Positions 9,420-19,258 of a DNA stretch of 35,956 bases are shown piece by piece (position 1 is the stretch's first letter; each line of letters begins with the position of its first letter). The notes under the pieces are model-generated. The model was not told where the DNA came from. It made no database searches and saw nothing but the letters and a program-made list of their open reading frames with translations. Both the position numbers and the translations under genes were made by a program. Location: assembly GCA_002293615.1 (NCBI GenBank), contig DBDN01000081.1, positions 25,744-61,699 of the forward strand. The letters are read 5' to 3'. This stretch comes from Betaproteobacteria bacterium UBA931. Lineage in GTDB: Bacteria; Pseudomonadota; Gammaproteobacteria; Burkholderiales; Casimicrobiaceae.

Positions 9420-9745
9420 ATGGGTTGTTGCGAACCGCGATGAGTTATTTTTATAGAGAGTTAAAACATGTATTACGGAATGGTCAATTCGAGCGCGGCA
9501 GAGCCAAGCATATATTATCGGGACTATTGAAGAATTGCGTCGGCTTTGCATTTTGGTAAGGCGCAAAAAAACACTGATGTGTCTGGGGATTTGCGCGCTC
9601 GGCAAAAAGCGGGCATCCATGTTATTTCTGAAATGTGATAACCGGCTTTTGATGATGCTGGTTATCGAAGAAGAGCGGCGGCGGATCAACATGATGCGCA
9701 AAAAGCAAGTATGATCAACGCGGTAAATAACTTCGGAAAAATAAA

Positions 9746-10549
9746 ATGGAGATGGTTTATATTTTTGGCGGGCTATTGCTTTTGGGCTGCTTCGCCGGAT
9801 TTCTCGCCGGTCTTTTAGGCATTGGCGGCGGCTTGTTGACCGTTCCGTTTTTGACGATGATCCTCTCGTATTTTATGCCGTCAAATGAACACTTGGTGCA
9901 TATGGCGATCGGTACGGCGGCGGCAACAATCGTTTTCACGTCGTTTGCGTCGTTGCGTGCGCATTATAAGCATGGCGCGATTCTTTGGCCGGTGTGGCGT
10001 GGCATTGTTCCGGGTCTGTTGATCGGTGGGTTGCTTGGTGCGCAGATCGCCGGTTTTTTACCGATGTTGCCGCTGGCCATTGTTTTTGCGGTCTTTAGCA
10101 TTTTCTCAGCCACCCAAATGTTGCTTGGCAGAACGCCGAAAGCAAGCCGCCAATTGCCGGGCGTCCCCGGCCTTTTAGGCGCAGGTGGTTTCATCGGCAC
10201 TGTTTCCGGGCTGATTGGTGCCGGCGGCGGCTTTTTGTCCGTGCCTTATTTCATCTGGTGTAATGTCCCGGTGCGCAATGCGGTGGCGACTTCGGCGGCA
10301 ATGGGTTTTCCGATTGCTGCGGCCAGCACGCTCGGTTTTATCATCGCCGGTTTTCATGCGGAAGGGCGTCCGGAGTTTTCTTTGGGGTATGTCTATCTTC
10401 CCGCGATGGTTGCAATTGTGACGACCAGCATGATTTTTGCGCCGCTTGGCGCGCGCGCTGCGCATCGTTGGCCGGTGATGACGATTCGCCGTTGTTTTGC
10501 TTGCCTGCTTTATTGTTTGGGCGTGTATATGGTGTGGAAAGTGTTGTAA
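9746..10549 (+). CDS. TauE/SafE-family (YfcA-like) membrane transporter
   Basis: 267-aa polytopic protein with the repeated G-rich motifs LLGIGGGLLTVPFL and LIGAGGGFLSVPYF that are typical of TauE/SafE. Confidence 0.8.
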   Translation: MEMVYIFGGLLLLGCFAGFLAGLLGIGGGLLTVPFLTMILSYFMPSNEHLVHMAIGTAAATIVFTSFASLRAHYKHGAILWPVWRGIVPGLLIGGLLGAQIAGFLPMLPLAIVFAVFSIFSATQMLLGRTPKASRQLPGVPGLLGAGGFIGTVSGLIGAGGGFLSVPYFIWCNVPVRNAVATSAAMGFPIAAASTLGFIIAGFHAEGRPEFSLGYVYLPAMVAIVTTSMIFAPLGARAAHRWPVMTIRRCFACLLYCLGVYMVWKVL

Positions 10550-10808
10550 AAAAGGCCGGCCAGTATGTTGTTAAAGAGTTTTTATTATTTCCCCGACATT
10601 TCTATTTGCGTAAATTCGCAGGCAGCGGTTGGATACGCTATCCGCTATAATCAACCGGATTGCGCCCCTTCTTTCTTGGGTACAGTGCATTTTTAACATG
10701 TTTTTCTAGATCGAATTTCCAGAGGCACTCTTGAACGTACCGGATTCATTAATCGGCTTGGCGGCGTCTTTACCCAAAACGCAAACGACGGATGTGCGGG
10801 GTACGAAT

Positions 10809-11843
10809 ATGCTTATGGTGGGCGGATTTGTGTTAGGCAACCGTATTGCGTTGGCGCCGATGGCGGGTGTTACCGACTATCCGTTTCGTCGTTTGTGCCG
10901 CACGCTGGGCGCAGGGTACGCCGTGGCCGAGATGACCAGTGCGCAGTTGCATTTATATCGAAGCGCCAAATCGCGCTATCGTATGCGTCGCGGTAAGGAG
11001 GAGTCGCCTTTTGCGGTACAGATCGTCGGTAGCGATGCGCAGGCGTTGGCGGACGCGGCACGCTTTCATGCGGATCAGGGCGCGGATATCATCGACATCA
11101 ACATGGGGTGCCCGGCCAAAAAGTTGCTGAAAAAAGCGGCGGGTTCGGCGTTGCTGGGCGATGAAAAAAAAGTGGCGGATATTTTGGGTACGGTAGTGCG
11201 TGCTGTATCGATTCCGGTCACGTTAAAATTTCGCACCGGTATTCATCCGCAAAATAAAAATGCGGTGCGCGTGGCGCGTATCGCCGAAGAAGCCGGTATT
11301 GCTTTGTTGGCGCTGCACGGGAGAACGCGCGATTGCCTGTTTTGCGGCGAGGCCGAATACGATACGATTCGCGAAGTGAAGGCGGCGGTTGGCATACCGG
11401 TGCTGGCCAACGGCGACATACATTCCGTTGATAAAGCGCGGCGGGTGATGGCGGAGACCGGCGTGGATGGCGTGATGATCGGTAGAGCGGCGGTGGGGCG
11501 CCCGTGGTTTTTTTATGAGCTGGCATGGGCGTTATCGGGAAGTGAGCAGGCATCATATGCGCCGTTATCGCTTGAAGAGAAAAAACAAATAACGATGCTT
11601 CATCTTGACCATATTCATGCGTTTTATGGTGAAAAAATGGGCGTGCGTCGCGCGCGTAAACATTTGCTGGCGTATGCGCGTTATTTGGGGATGCATTTGT
11701 CTACATTGGGCGAAGATTTTTATACGCGGTTTATGGCAACCGAGGATGCGGCGATACAGAAACGCATGTGGCAGACGGTGTGGCAGGAAATCAACACACG
11801 TGCGTATGATGAAATCCGCCCGGCTTACAGGAAAGTGGCTTAA
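10809..11843 (+). CDS. dusB: tRNA-dihydrouridine synthase B
   Basis: LAPMAGVTDYPFRRLC, DINMGCPAKK, VTLKFRTG and LALHGRT motifs, directly upstream of fis. Start is uncertain: 10809, 10815, or the TTG at 10731. Confidence 0.9.
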   Translation: MLMVGGFVLGNRIALAPMAGVTDYPFRRLCRTLGAGYAVAEMTSAQLHLYRSAKSRYRMRRGKEESPFAVQIVGSDAQALADAARFHADQGADIIDINMGCPAKKLLKKAAGSALLGDEKKVADILGTVVRAVSIPVTLKFRTGIHPQNKNAVRVARIAEEAGIALLALHGRTRDCLFCGEAEYDTIREVKAAVGIPVLANGDIHSVDKARRVMAETGVDGVMIGRAAVGRPWFFYELAWALSGSEQASYAPLSLEEKKQITMLHLDHIHAFYGEKMGVRRARKHLLAYARYLGMHLSTLGEDFYTRFMATEDAAIQKRMWQTVWQEINTRAYDEIRPAYRKVA

Positions 11844-11846
11844 TTT

Positions 11847-12104
11847 ATGAAAAAAACAAATGCGATAAAAACAGCGGTACGCCAGATTGATCTTAGTTTT
11901 GAGACGGCGTTGGCGCAGTATTTTGAAACGCTCGATGGCGAGGAGCCGAGCAATTTGCATGAAATGGTAGTGGGGCGTGCCGAACGCGCGTTGTTTGCGG
12001 CGGTTATGGATCGCGCGCAGGGTAATCGGACGCGGGCGGCAAAAATGTTGGGGTTATCGCGTACAACGTTGCGCCATAAATTATTGGTTTATCGATTGAT
12101 ATAA
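11847..12104 (+). CDS. fis: DNA-binding protein Fis
   Basis: 85 aa with the C-terminal [24 protein letters not shown]. Conserved dusB-fis arrangement. Confidence 0.9.
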   Translation: MKKTNAIKTAVRQIDLSFETALAQYFETLDGEEPSNLHEMVVGRAERALFAAVMDRAQGNRTRAAKMLGLSRTTLRHKLLVYRLI

Positions 12105-12109
12105 GGAAT

Positions 12110-13687
12110 ATGAAAATGACAAATCCCAAAAGTTTGGCGCTGCTTTCGGTTTCCGATAAAACGGGTATTGTTGCTTTTGCCAAAGCGCTGCACGAACGCG
12201 GTGTCGGCTTGCTGTCGACGGGCGGTACGGCAGCGGCTTTGAAAGAAGCGGGTTTACCCGTGACCGAAGTAGGTGATTACACTGGGTTTCCGGAAATGCT
12301 CGACGGGCGAGTTAAAACACTGCATCCTAAAATTCACGGCGGTATTTTGGCGCGTCGCGATTTGCCGGGGCATGTGAAGGCAATTGATGAGCACGGTATC
12401 GCGCCGATCGATTTTGTCGTCGTTAACCTTTATCCGTTTCGCGAAACCGTCGCGAAAAAAGAGTGCACTCTGGAAGACGCGATTGAAAATATTGATATCG
12501 GCGGGCCAAGCATGGTGCGTGCCGCCGCGAAAAACTGGCAGCATGTAAGCGTAATTGTCGACCCGAACGATTACGAAAAAATCATCGCCGCTTATGACGC
12601 TCATCAGGGCGCAATTCCCCGCAGCCTGCATTTTGCCCTGGCGCAAAAAGCGTTTGCGCATACGGCCGCTTACGATGGTGCAATTGCCAACTGGCTTACG
12701 GCGCGTGATGTACAAGGCGTTGCTGCCGATTTTCCGCAGTCGTTTCATTACCACGGTGAATGTGTGGAAATATTGCGTTATGGTGAAAACCCCCACCAGA
12801 AAGCCGCGTTTTATCGCGATGAAAAGGTGGCGGCAGGCGCGCTGGCATCGTTTCACTTGTTGCAAGGCAAAGCGCTGTCGTACAACAACCTTGCCGATTG
12901 CGATGCGGCATGGGAGTGCGTCAAATCATTGACGGCGCCGGCGTGCGTAATTGTCAAACACGCCAATCCGTGCGGTGCGGCGATTGCCGAAAGCAGCAAG
13001 GCGGCTTATCTCAAAGCGCGGGCGACCGATCCGGTGTCTGCGTTTGGCGGCATTATTGCCTTCAATAGCGAGGTCGATGAAGAAACGGTTGCCGCGGTAT
13101 ACGAGCAATTTCTTGAAGTAATGGTTGCGCCTTCTTATACTAAAGGTGCTGTCGAGGCGCTTAAAGCGAAAGCAAATGTGCGCGTGCTGGAAATTCCGTT
13201 GCCGCGGTCGCAAGCGGGCAGCGCGCTTGATTTCAAACGTATCGGTGGAGGCTTGCTTGTGCAGACGGCGGACAGTTTCACGTCGCCACCGGAAGATTGG
13301 AAAGTCGTCACCAAACGCGCACCGACCGAGAAAGAAATGCGGGATTTGGTTTTTGCCTGGAACATGGTGAAATACATTAAGTCCAACGCAATCGTTTATG
13401 CGCGTGACGCGCAAACAATGGGTGTGGGTGCCGGGCAGATGAGCCGTGTCGATTCGGCGCGCATCGCCGCGATTAAATCGGAGCAAGCAGGCTTATCCTT
13501 GAAGGGCTCGGTAGCGGCGTCTGATGCGTTCTTCCCATTCCGCGATGGTCTCGACGTTATCGTCGATTATGGCGCGACGGCGGTTGTTCAGCCCGGCGGC
13601 AGCGTGCGCGATGAAGAAGTGATTGCGGCTGCCGATGAGCGCGGTATTGCGATGGTGTTTACAGGCATGCGTCATTTCCGTCATTGA
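12110..13687 (+). CDS. purH: Bifunctional AICAR transformylase / IMP cyclohydrolase
   Basis: [12 protein letters not shown]..., [23 protein letters not shown] and the C-terminal GMRHFRH are diagnostic. Confidence 0.95.
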   Translation: MKMTNPKSLALLSVSDKTGIVAFAKALHERGVGLLSTGGTAAALKEAGLPVTEVGDYTGFPEMLDGRVKTLHPKIHGGILARRDLPGHVKAIDEHGIAPIDFVVVNLYPFRETVAKKECTLEDAIENIDIGGPSMVRAAAKNWQHVSVIVDPNDYEKIIAAYDAHQGAIPRSLHFALAQKAFAHTAAYDGAIANWLTARDVQGVAADFPQSFHYHGECVEILRYGENPHQKAAFYRDEKVAAGALASFHLLQGKALSYNNLADCDAAWECVKSLTAPACVIVKHANPCGAAIAESSKAAYLKARATDPVSAFGGIIAFNSEVDEETVAAVYEQFLEVMVAPSYTKGAVEALKAKANVRVLEIPLPRSQAGSALDFKRIGGGLLVQTADSFTSPPEDWKVVTKRAPTEKEMRDLVFAWNMVKYIKSNAIVYARDAQTMGVGAGQMSRVDSARIAAIKSEQAGLSLKGSVAASDAFFPFRDGLDVIVDYGATAVVQPGGSVRDEEVIAAADERGIAMVFTGMRHFRH

Positions 13688-13718
13688 TTTTAAGTTCAAT
13701 AAAAAAAGAAAAAATATT

Positions 13719-15032
13719 ATGAAGATTCTTATTGTCGGCAGCGGCGGCCGGGAGCACGCGTTTTCCTGGAAAATTGCGCAATCGCCTCGGGTCACTAAAA
13801 TATTTGTTGCGCCCGGCAATGCGGGTACGGCGCAGGAACCCTGCGTGACCAATATCAATTTAAGCAAGATCGACGACTTGGTCGAATTTGCGCAAAAAGA
13901 AAATATTGCATTGACCGTAATCGGCCCGGAAGCGCCGTTGGCGGCGGGAATCGTTGACGCTTTTCAAAAAGCCGGGCTGAAAATTTTCGGGCCGACGAAG
14001 GCGGCGGCGCAACTGGAAAGCTCCAAGGATTTTGCCAAGAAATTCATGCAAAGATATGGTATTCCGACAGCGGACGCGCAAACGTTTACCCGCCTTGACG
14101 ATGCACGTGCGTATATCAAAAAGCGCGGTGCGCCGATCGTGGTTAAAGCCGACGGCTTGGCGGCGGGTAAAGGCGTGGTGGTGGCGCAAACAGTGGACGA
14201 AGCGTTTGCCGCCGTTGACGCGATGCTTGCCGATAATATTTTGGGCGAAGCCGGCTCGCGAGTCGTCATCGAGGATTTTCTCGACGGTGAAGAGGCGAGC
14301 TTTATCGTGATGGCCGATGGCGCGCATGTGCTACCGATGGCGACGAGCCAGGATCACAAACGTCTTTGCGATCATGATGAAGGGCCAAACACCGGCGGGA
14401 TGGGCGCGTATTCGCCGGCGCCTGTGGTTACGCCGGAATTGCACGCCCGTATTATGCGCGAAGTCATTACGCCGACCGTTCAAGGCATGGCGGCGGAAGG
14501 TATTCGTTTTACCGGCTTTCTTTACGCCGGTTTGATGATCGATAAAAATAACAACCTTAAAACGCTGGAATTCAATTGCCGTATGGGCGACCCGGAAACG
14601 CAGCCGATCATGATGCGCTTGAAAAGCGATTTTGTTGATCTGATCGAACACGGTATCGACGGTACGCTTGATCAGATTGAAAGTGAATGGGACAGACGCT
14701 GTGCGCTGGGCGTTGTGCTTGCCGCCAAAGGCTATCCGCAAAAGCCAGAAACGGGTGCGGTTATTAGCAGGCTGGAGGAGGCCACAGAGGTCGCTCGAGA
14801 GGGAAAAGCGGACGCCGAGGATGTATGCGTGAAAATATTTCATGCGGGCACAAAAGAAGAAAGCGGCAATGTCGTTGTTTCCGGCGGCCGCGTGTTGTGC
14901 GTGACGGCGCTGGGCGATTCCGTCAGGATGGCACAGAAAAATGCTTATGCGGCGGCGGAAAAAATATGTTTTGACGGCAAGCAGATGCGTCATGATATCG
15001 GTAATCGCGCTGTTGCACGCAGCGAAAAATGA
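13719..15032 (+). CDS. purD: Phosphoribosylamine-glycine ligase
   Basis: MKILIVGSGGREHAFSWKIAQS..., VVKADGLAAGKGV, GPNTGGMGAYSP and FNCRMGDPETQ. I chose the ATG at 13719 rather than the ORF-track start at 13623, which overlaps purH. Confidence 0.95.
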   Translation: MKILIVGSGGREHAFSWKIAQSPRVTKIFVAPGNAGTAQEPCVTNINLSKIDDLVEFAQKENIALTVIGPEAPLAAGIVDAFQKAGLKIFGPTKAAAQLESSKDFAKKFMQRYGIPTADAQTFTRLDDARAYIKKRGAPIVVKADGLAAGKGVVVAQTVDEAFAAVDAMLADNILGEAGSRVVIEDFLDGEEASFIVMADGAHVLPMATSQDHKRLCDHDEGPNTGGMGAYSPAPVVTPELHARIMREVITPTVQGMAAEGIRFTGFLYAGLMIDKNNNLKTLEFNCRMGDPETQPIMMRLKSDFVDLIEHGIDGTLDQIESEWDRRCALGVVLAAKGYPQKPETGAVISRLEEATEVAREGKADAEDVCVKIFHAGTKEESGNVVVSGGRVLCVTALGDSVRMAQKNAYAAAEKICFDGKQMRHDIGNRAVARSEK

Positions 15033-15565
15033 GCCATAATCTGGAAGAAACTTCTCTCAAAAGCGAAGAGGTTTTTTCGGGAAAACTGCTTCGCGTTTAT
15101 CGCGATCAGGTACGCCTGCCCAATCAAAATGTGACGATGCGCGAGTATATCCGCCATCCGGGCGCGGCATTGATTGTGCCTGTGCTTGCCAACGGCGAAT
15201 TACTGCTTGAGCGCCAATACCGTTATCCGCTACGTACCGATATTCTGGAGTTTCCGGCAGGCAAACTCGATCCAGGCGAAACGCCGCTGGCGACTGCACA
15301 ACGCGAATTACTTGAAGAAACCGGCTACCATGCCGAACACTGGCAGGAGTTGGGCAAATTAACGCCATTGCCCGCGTATTCCGATGAAGCGATTTACTGT
15401 TTTTGCGCTGAAGGATTGACGTTACGGCAAACTAAACGCGATGAAGACGAGTTTCTTGAGCTGCTGACCATGGCTCCCGACGTGTTGCAGCAGGCCATCG
15501 TGGACGGGCGCATCACCGACGCGAAAACGATTTGCGCGTTTTTTTGGTGGCGGAGTAAGTACTGA
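15029..15565 (+). CDS. NUDIX hydrolase (ADP-ribose pyrophosphatase-like)
   Basis: Nudix box GKLDPGETPLATAQRELLEETGY. ATGA overlap with the purD stop. Confidence 0.85.
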   Translation: MSHNLEETSLKSEEVFSGKLLRVYRDQVRLPNQNVTMREYIRHPGAALIVPVLANGELLLERQYRYPLRTDILEFPAGKLDPGETPLATAQRELLEETGYHAEHWQELGKLTPLPAYSDEAIYCFCAEGLTLRQTKRDEDEFLELLTMAPDVLQQAIVDGRITDAKTICAFFWWRSKY

Positions 15566-15586
15566 TTTTTTGTTGCCAGCCTGTTG

Positions 15587-16957
15587 TTACCCCGGTAACT
15601 CAATGCCTTTCAATCGTCGATAAAGCGTCATCGCGTACGAATCGGTCATGCCGCAGATGAAATCGACTACTTTCATCAAGCGCAGGTAAGGGTCTGCGTT
15701 GGGAAGTTTGTTTTTATCGAGAAATTGCTCGGGCAGCAACGTCATCAAAACACGGCTGCGAATAGGCGTGTTTTCTTTCTTCTCGGCGGCAGCGCGCTGC
15801 ATGACTGCGGTAAAGAACAAATCGAGCAAACCGGAGATTACCTCACAGCCGGCAGCTTCGATTTCCATCGCCGAACGAGCGACATAAATGGTGTCGTACG
15901 ATAGTTTTTCGATGATGTTCAGTGTTTCGATCGCTTTTGATTCTTCCAGTAATGCGCAGTCGTATTTGCCGCAAACGATCTCGTTTTCATGCGCAAGAAA
16001 GATTACGCCGACTTCATCAACGAGCCGCCCGATGGCTTTGGCACGCAGGTATTCGATGCGTTCTTTGGGGTCGGCAATCGCTTCGGCGCGCGCGGTGTTA
16101 ACAGAGCCGCCTGCGACTTTCATCAGCAATTCTTCGGCATCGCGGTACGGCACAATACCGATACGGGCGGCGTCTTCGAGATCGACAATGCGGTAGCAGA
16201 TGTCGTCGGCGGCTTCGACAAGAAGCGCTAACGGGTGCCGCCGCCATGCGCCGTCACCGCGATTGATCATGCCGACTTCTTCGGCGGCCTCGCGAAACAG
16301 TGTCGCCTCCGTCTGGAAAAATCCGAATTTTTTCATGGAGCGTCCGTCGAGCGGGGCTTGTATTTGTGAAGCGCACGGATATTTGGAAAACGCCATTAAG
16401 GTGGCAGCGGTCAATTGCAGTCCGCCGCAGTTCGATGGGCTTTGTAATGCTGTAAGCAGGCGAAAGCCTTGCGCGTTACCTTCGTAACGTTCGAAGTCGG
16501 CGCGTTGCGCTCCGGTTAAGCCAAGCCGATCAAGCGCGCCGTCCGGCTGGCGGCACCATTCGCGGATGGTGTCTTCTCCCGCGTGCCCAAACGGTGGGTT
16601 GCCGATATCGTGGGCAAGACAGGCCGCGGCAACCACCGCACCGAAATCGGAAGCATGCAAAACATCATGTAACCGATGGCGATCAACCAATATCCGTCCG
16701 ACACCGGCGCCGAGCGAGCGCCCGACACACGATGCCTCCAGGCTGTGTGTTAAACGGTTACGCACATAATCGCTTTGCGCAAGTGGAAAAACCTGTGTTT
16801 TATCTTTCAGGCGGCGGAATGCCGATGAAAATACGATGCGGTCGTAGTCTTGTTGGAAAACGCTGCGGTCCGGCGCGGTTTTGGCGGATCCGGCCGCGCC
16901 GATTCGACGGGGGGACAGTAAGGCGCGCCAGTTGCGGGATAAATCGGAAGGAGGCAT
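15587..16957 (-). CDS. dGTPase-like deoxynucleoside triphosphate triphosphohydrolase (HD domain)
   Basis: FQQDYDRIVFSSAFRRLKDKTQVF, RLTHSLE and CLAHDIGNPPFGH motifs. I chose the ATG at 16957 (MPPSDLSRNW...); the ORF track extends to 17167. Confidence 0.85.
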   Translation of the reverse strand: MPPSDLSRNWRALLSPRRIGAAGSAKTAPDRSVFQQDYDRIVFSSAFRRLKDKTQVFPLAQSDYVRNRLTHSLEASCVGRSLGAGVGRILVDRHRLHDVLHASDFGAVVAAACLAHDIGNPPFGHAGEDTIREWCRQPDGALDRLGLTGAQRADFERYEGNAQGFRLLTALQSPSNCGGLQLTAATLMAFSKYPCASQIQAPLDGRSMKKFGFFQTEATLFREAAEEVGMINRGDGAWRRHPLALLVEAADDICYRIVDLEDAARIGIVPYRDAEELLMKVAGGSVNTARAEAIADPKERIEYLRAKAIGRLVDEVGVIFLAHENEIVCGKYDCALLEESKAIETLNIIEKLSYDTIYVARSAMEIEAAGCEVISGLLDLFFTAVMQRAAAEKKENTPIRSRVLMTLLPEQFLDKNKLPNADPYLRLMKVVDFICGMTDSYAMTLYRRLKGIELPG

Positions 16958-17005
16958 GATATTCTCTTGGAAACAATGTGCCGAGTGTACACTTTCCGAT
17001 CCGTC

Positions 17006-17962
17006 ATGAACAAGAATGACAAAACCGCCGCGCCGGAAACCGGTGAACCTGTCAGCGCCGAAAATCGCGCTTGGCTTGACGCGTTTGCGCAATTTCTCGG
17101 CGTTCAGGCGAAAAGAACGCGCGATGCGTATGTGCGCGATACCGAAAAGCTTGCCGTTGCCACACATCCTGCGCCGCTGGCGTCATTGACGCGGGCGCAG
17201 ATTGCCCGCCGGCTTGCGCAGTGGCACGCGCAGGGTTTATCGGGAAGAAGCCTGACGCGGATGCTGTCTTCGTGGCGGGCGTTTTACCGCTTTTTGCTTG
17301 CGCAGGCCAACAGCCCGATACAGGATGATCCGTGTGCGCATTTGAAAGCGCCGCGCAGCGCGCGTCGCTTGCCTTCGGTGTTGACGATCAGTGAGACGCA
17401 GCAGTTATTCAATCATCAAGAGACAGAAGATAATGTAATGAATGTGCGCAATGCCGCACTTTTTGAATTGACGTATTCGTCAGGTTTGCGCGTTTCGGAG
17501 TTGGCCGGGCTGGATATTGCTCATGTTGAGCTGGTTAGGCAAGAGGCACGTGTCCTCGGCAAGGGCGGCAAAGAGCGCATCGTGCCGATCGGCCGTTACG
17601 CAATTGCCGCGCTTGAGCGGTGGCTGCCGGTTCGGGCGACGATTCTTCGCGAACACGCTGCTGAAAAGGAGCAGGCGTTGTTTGTCAATCAGCGTGGGCG
17701 GCGTCTTTCGGCGCGTAGCGTGCAGGATTTTTTACGACGGTTATCCGTAGAAAAAGGGTTGGTGAAAAACGTGCATCCGCACATGCTGCGCCATTCGTTT
17801 GCGTCGCATTTTTTAGAATCGTCGGGCGATTTGCGGGCGGTCCAGGAATTGCTCGGACACGCGTCGATTGCCAGCACGCAGGTGTACACTCATCTTGATT
17901 ATCAGGCGTTGGCCAAAGTATACGATGCGGCGCACCCACGTGCCCGCAAAGGAAAAGGATAA
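17006..17962 (+). CDS. xerC: Tyrosine recombinase XerC
   Basis: [33 protein letters not shown] and [15 protein letters not shown] give the catalytic R...HxxR...H...Y set. Core-genome context. The xerC versus xerD call rests on context only. Confidence 0.8.
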   Translation: MNKNDKTAAPETGEPVSAENRAWLDAFAQFLGVQAKRTRDAYVRDTEKLAVATHPAPLASLTRAQIARRLAQWHAQGLSGRSLTRMLSSWRAFYRFLLAQANSPIQDDPCAHLKAPRSARRLPSVLTISETQQLFNHQETEDNVMNVRNAALFELTYSSGLRVSELAGLDIAHVELVRQEARVLGKGGKERIVPIGRYAIAALERWLPVRATILREHAAEKEQALFVNQRGRRLSARSVQDFLRRLSVEKGLVKNVHPHMLRHSFASHFLESSGDLRAVQELLGHASIASTQVYTHLDYQALAKVYDAAHPRARKGKG

Positions 17963-17966
17963 AAAT

Positions 17967-18827
17967 ATGCGTTGGAAAGATCGGCAGGGAAGTCAGAATG
18001 TTGAGGATCGCCGCGGGCAGTCTTCCGGTTTCGGCGGCGGGCTTTTGCTGCGCGGCAAAATGGGAATCGTTGTTTTGCTCGTGGTTATTGTCGCGGGTTA
18101 TTACGGCATCGATTTGACGCCATTGCTGTCGGATCAGGCGCTGGTCACCGGCGGCAGCAGTGGGCAGCCCTATACGCCGACACCTCAGGAAGAAGAGATG
18201 GCACGTTTTACTTCGGTGGCGCTGGGGTTAACCGAAGAGACTTGGAGCGGCATCTTCCAAAAAGAGGGGAAAGCATACACCGCACCGAAGCTGGTGCTTT
18301 ATAACGGTACGACACAAACCACATGCGGTTATGGGCAATCGGCAATGGGGCCTTTTTATTGCCCGGCGGACCAAACGGTTTATATCGATTTGTCTTTTTA
18401 TCAGGATATGAAGGCGAAACTCGGCGGTGGCGGCGATTTTGCGCAAGGGTACGTAATCGCGCATGAAGTCGGGCACCATATTCAGCATTTGCTGGGCGTC
18501 GATGAGAACGTACGCCGGTTGCAGGTGAGGGCTTCGCAGAAGGAGGCCAATCAACTATCGGTAAAGATGGAGTTGCAGGCGGATTGCTTTGCCGGCATAT
18601 GGGGGCATGCGATGCAAAAGGAAGGCATTCTTGATCCGGGCGATGTGGAGGCGGCGTTGCGTACGGCGGAGGCGATTGGCGACGACCGCCTGCAAAAGCA
18701 AAGTACGGGGCAAGTTGTGCCCGACAGTTTCACGCATGGCAGCTCGGAGCAACGTTATCATTGGTTCAAACGGGGTTTTGACTTGGGTGACCCTACCGTA
18801 TGTGATACTTTTTCGAGTAATACTTGA
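17967..18827 (+). CDS. ypfJ: YpfJ-family neutral zinc metallopeptidase
   Basis: [18 protein letters not shown]-terminus, one TM helix, HEVGHH zinc motif and [14 protein letters not shown]. The ATG at 17967 lies 4 nt after the xerC stop. Confidence 0.85.
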   Translation: MRWKDRQGSQNVEDRRGQSSGFGGGLLLRGKMGIVVLLVVIVAGYYGIDLTPLLSDQALVTGGSSGQPYTPTPQEEEMARFTSVALGLTEETWSGIFQKEGKAYTAPKLVLYNGTTQTTCGYGQSAMGPFYCPADQTVYIDLSFYQDMKAKLGGGGDFAQGYVIAHEVGHHIQHLLGVDENVRRLQVRASQKEANQLSVKMELQADCFAGIWGHAMQKEGILDPGDVEAALRTAEAIGDDRLQKQSTGQVVPDSFTHGSSEQRYHWFKRGFDLGDPTVCDTFSSNT

Positions 18828-19258
18828 TTTGGGTCAACAATCAGGCTGTACTGAGTCAAGCATATTTTTGCGTGCGCATACATTGTTGTTTTTGTTTTTT
18901 TGCTATCGATTTTTCTGTTTTTCGCCAATCTGGGGACTCGTTAACCCGCTTGATTGATAGTGAATCGCATTTGTTGCACAAATTCTTCGCTTTTGCGCGT
19001 TAATATTCAAAAAAAGTGTATAAATAACTTAGTGTAAGTATGGTTTTCATATGATTTTTCTCTCTTATGTGCACTTTACTTCATATTTTGGTTTTTGTGA
19101 CGCTTGGCTAACATTTGGGCACGAAAGCGGTACACCAATCAATAATCGTTTTGTGGGATTGCCGTTTCGCTTTCAACGATAACGCTCGGAAAGAGGAGAA
19201 TCCGGGTAAGGGAGCCGTCCGAAGATTTGGGTGGCGAGTTAATCAAGGAGAGAAGAGA

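Noticed and set aside
9384-9701. 105-aa minus-strand ORF in the spacer after 6S RNA.
   Set aside because: It spans the terminator hairpin and AT-rich intergenic DNA. The sequence is low-complexity and basic, and it lacks an RBS or any motif.
15587-16957. The dGTPase-like HD protein as a possible nucleotide-depletion antiphage defence gene.
   Set aside because: It sits in a conserved housekeeping neighbourhood (purHD, NUDIX, xerC) with host-like composition. No mobile or defence context is visible, so it is most likely the housekeeping dGTPase-like paralogue. A phylogeny against known defensive dGTPases would be needed to revisit this.
19105-19119. Sigma54-like string TGGCtaacatTTGGg upstream of fdnG.
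   Set aside because: The -24 GG is present, but the -12 element reads GG rather than the required GC at the correct spacing. The match is too weak to call.
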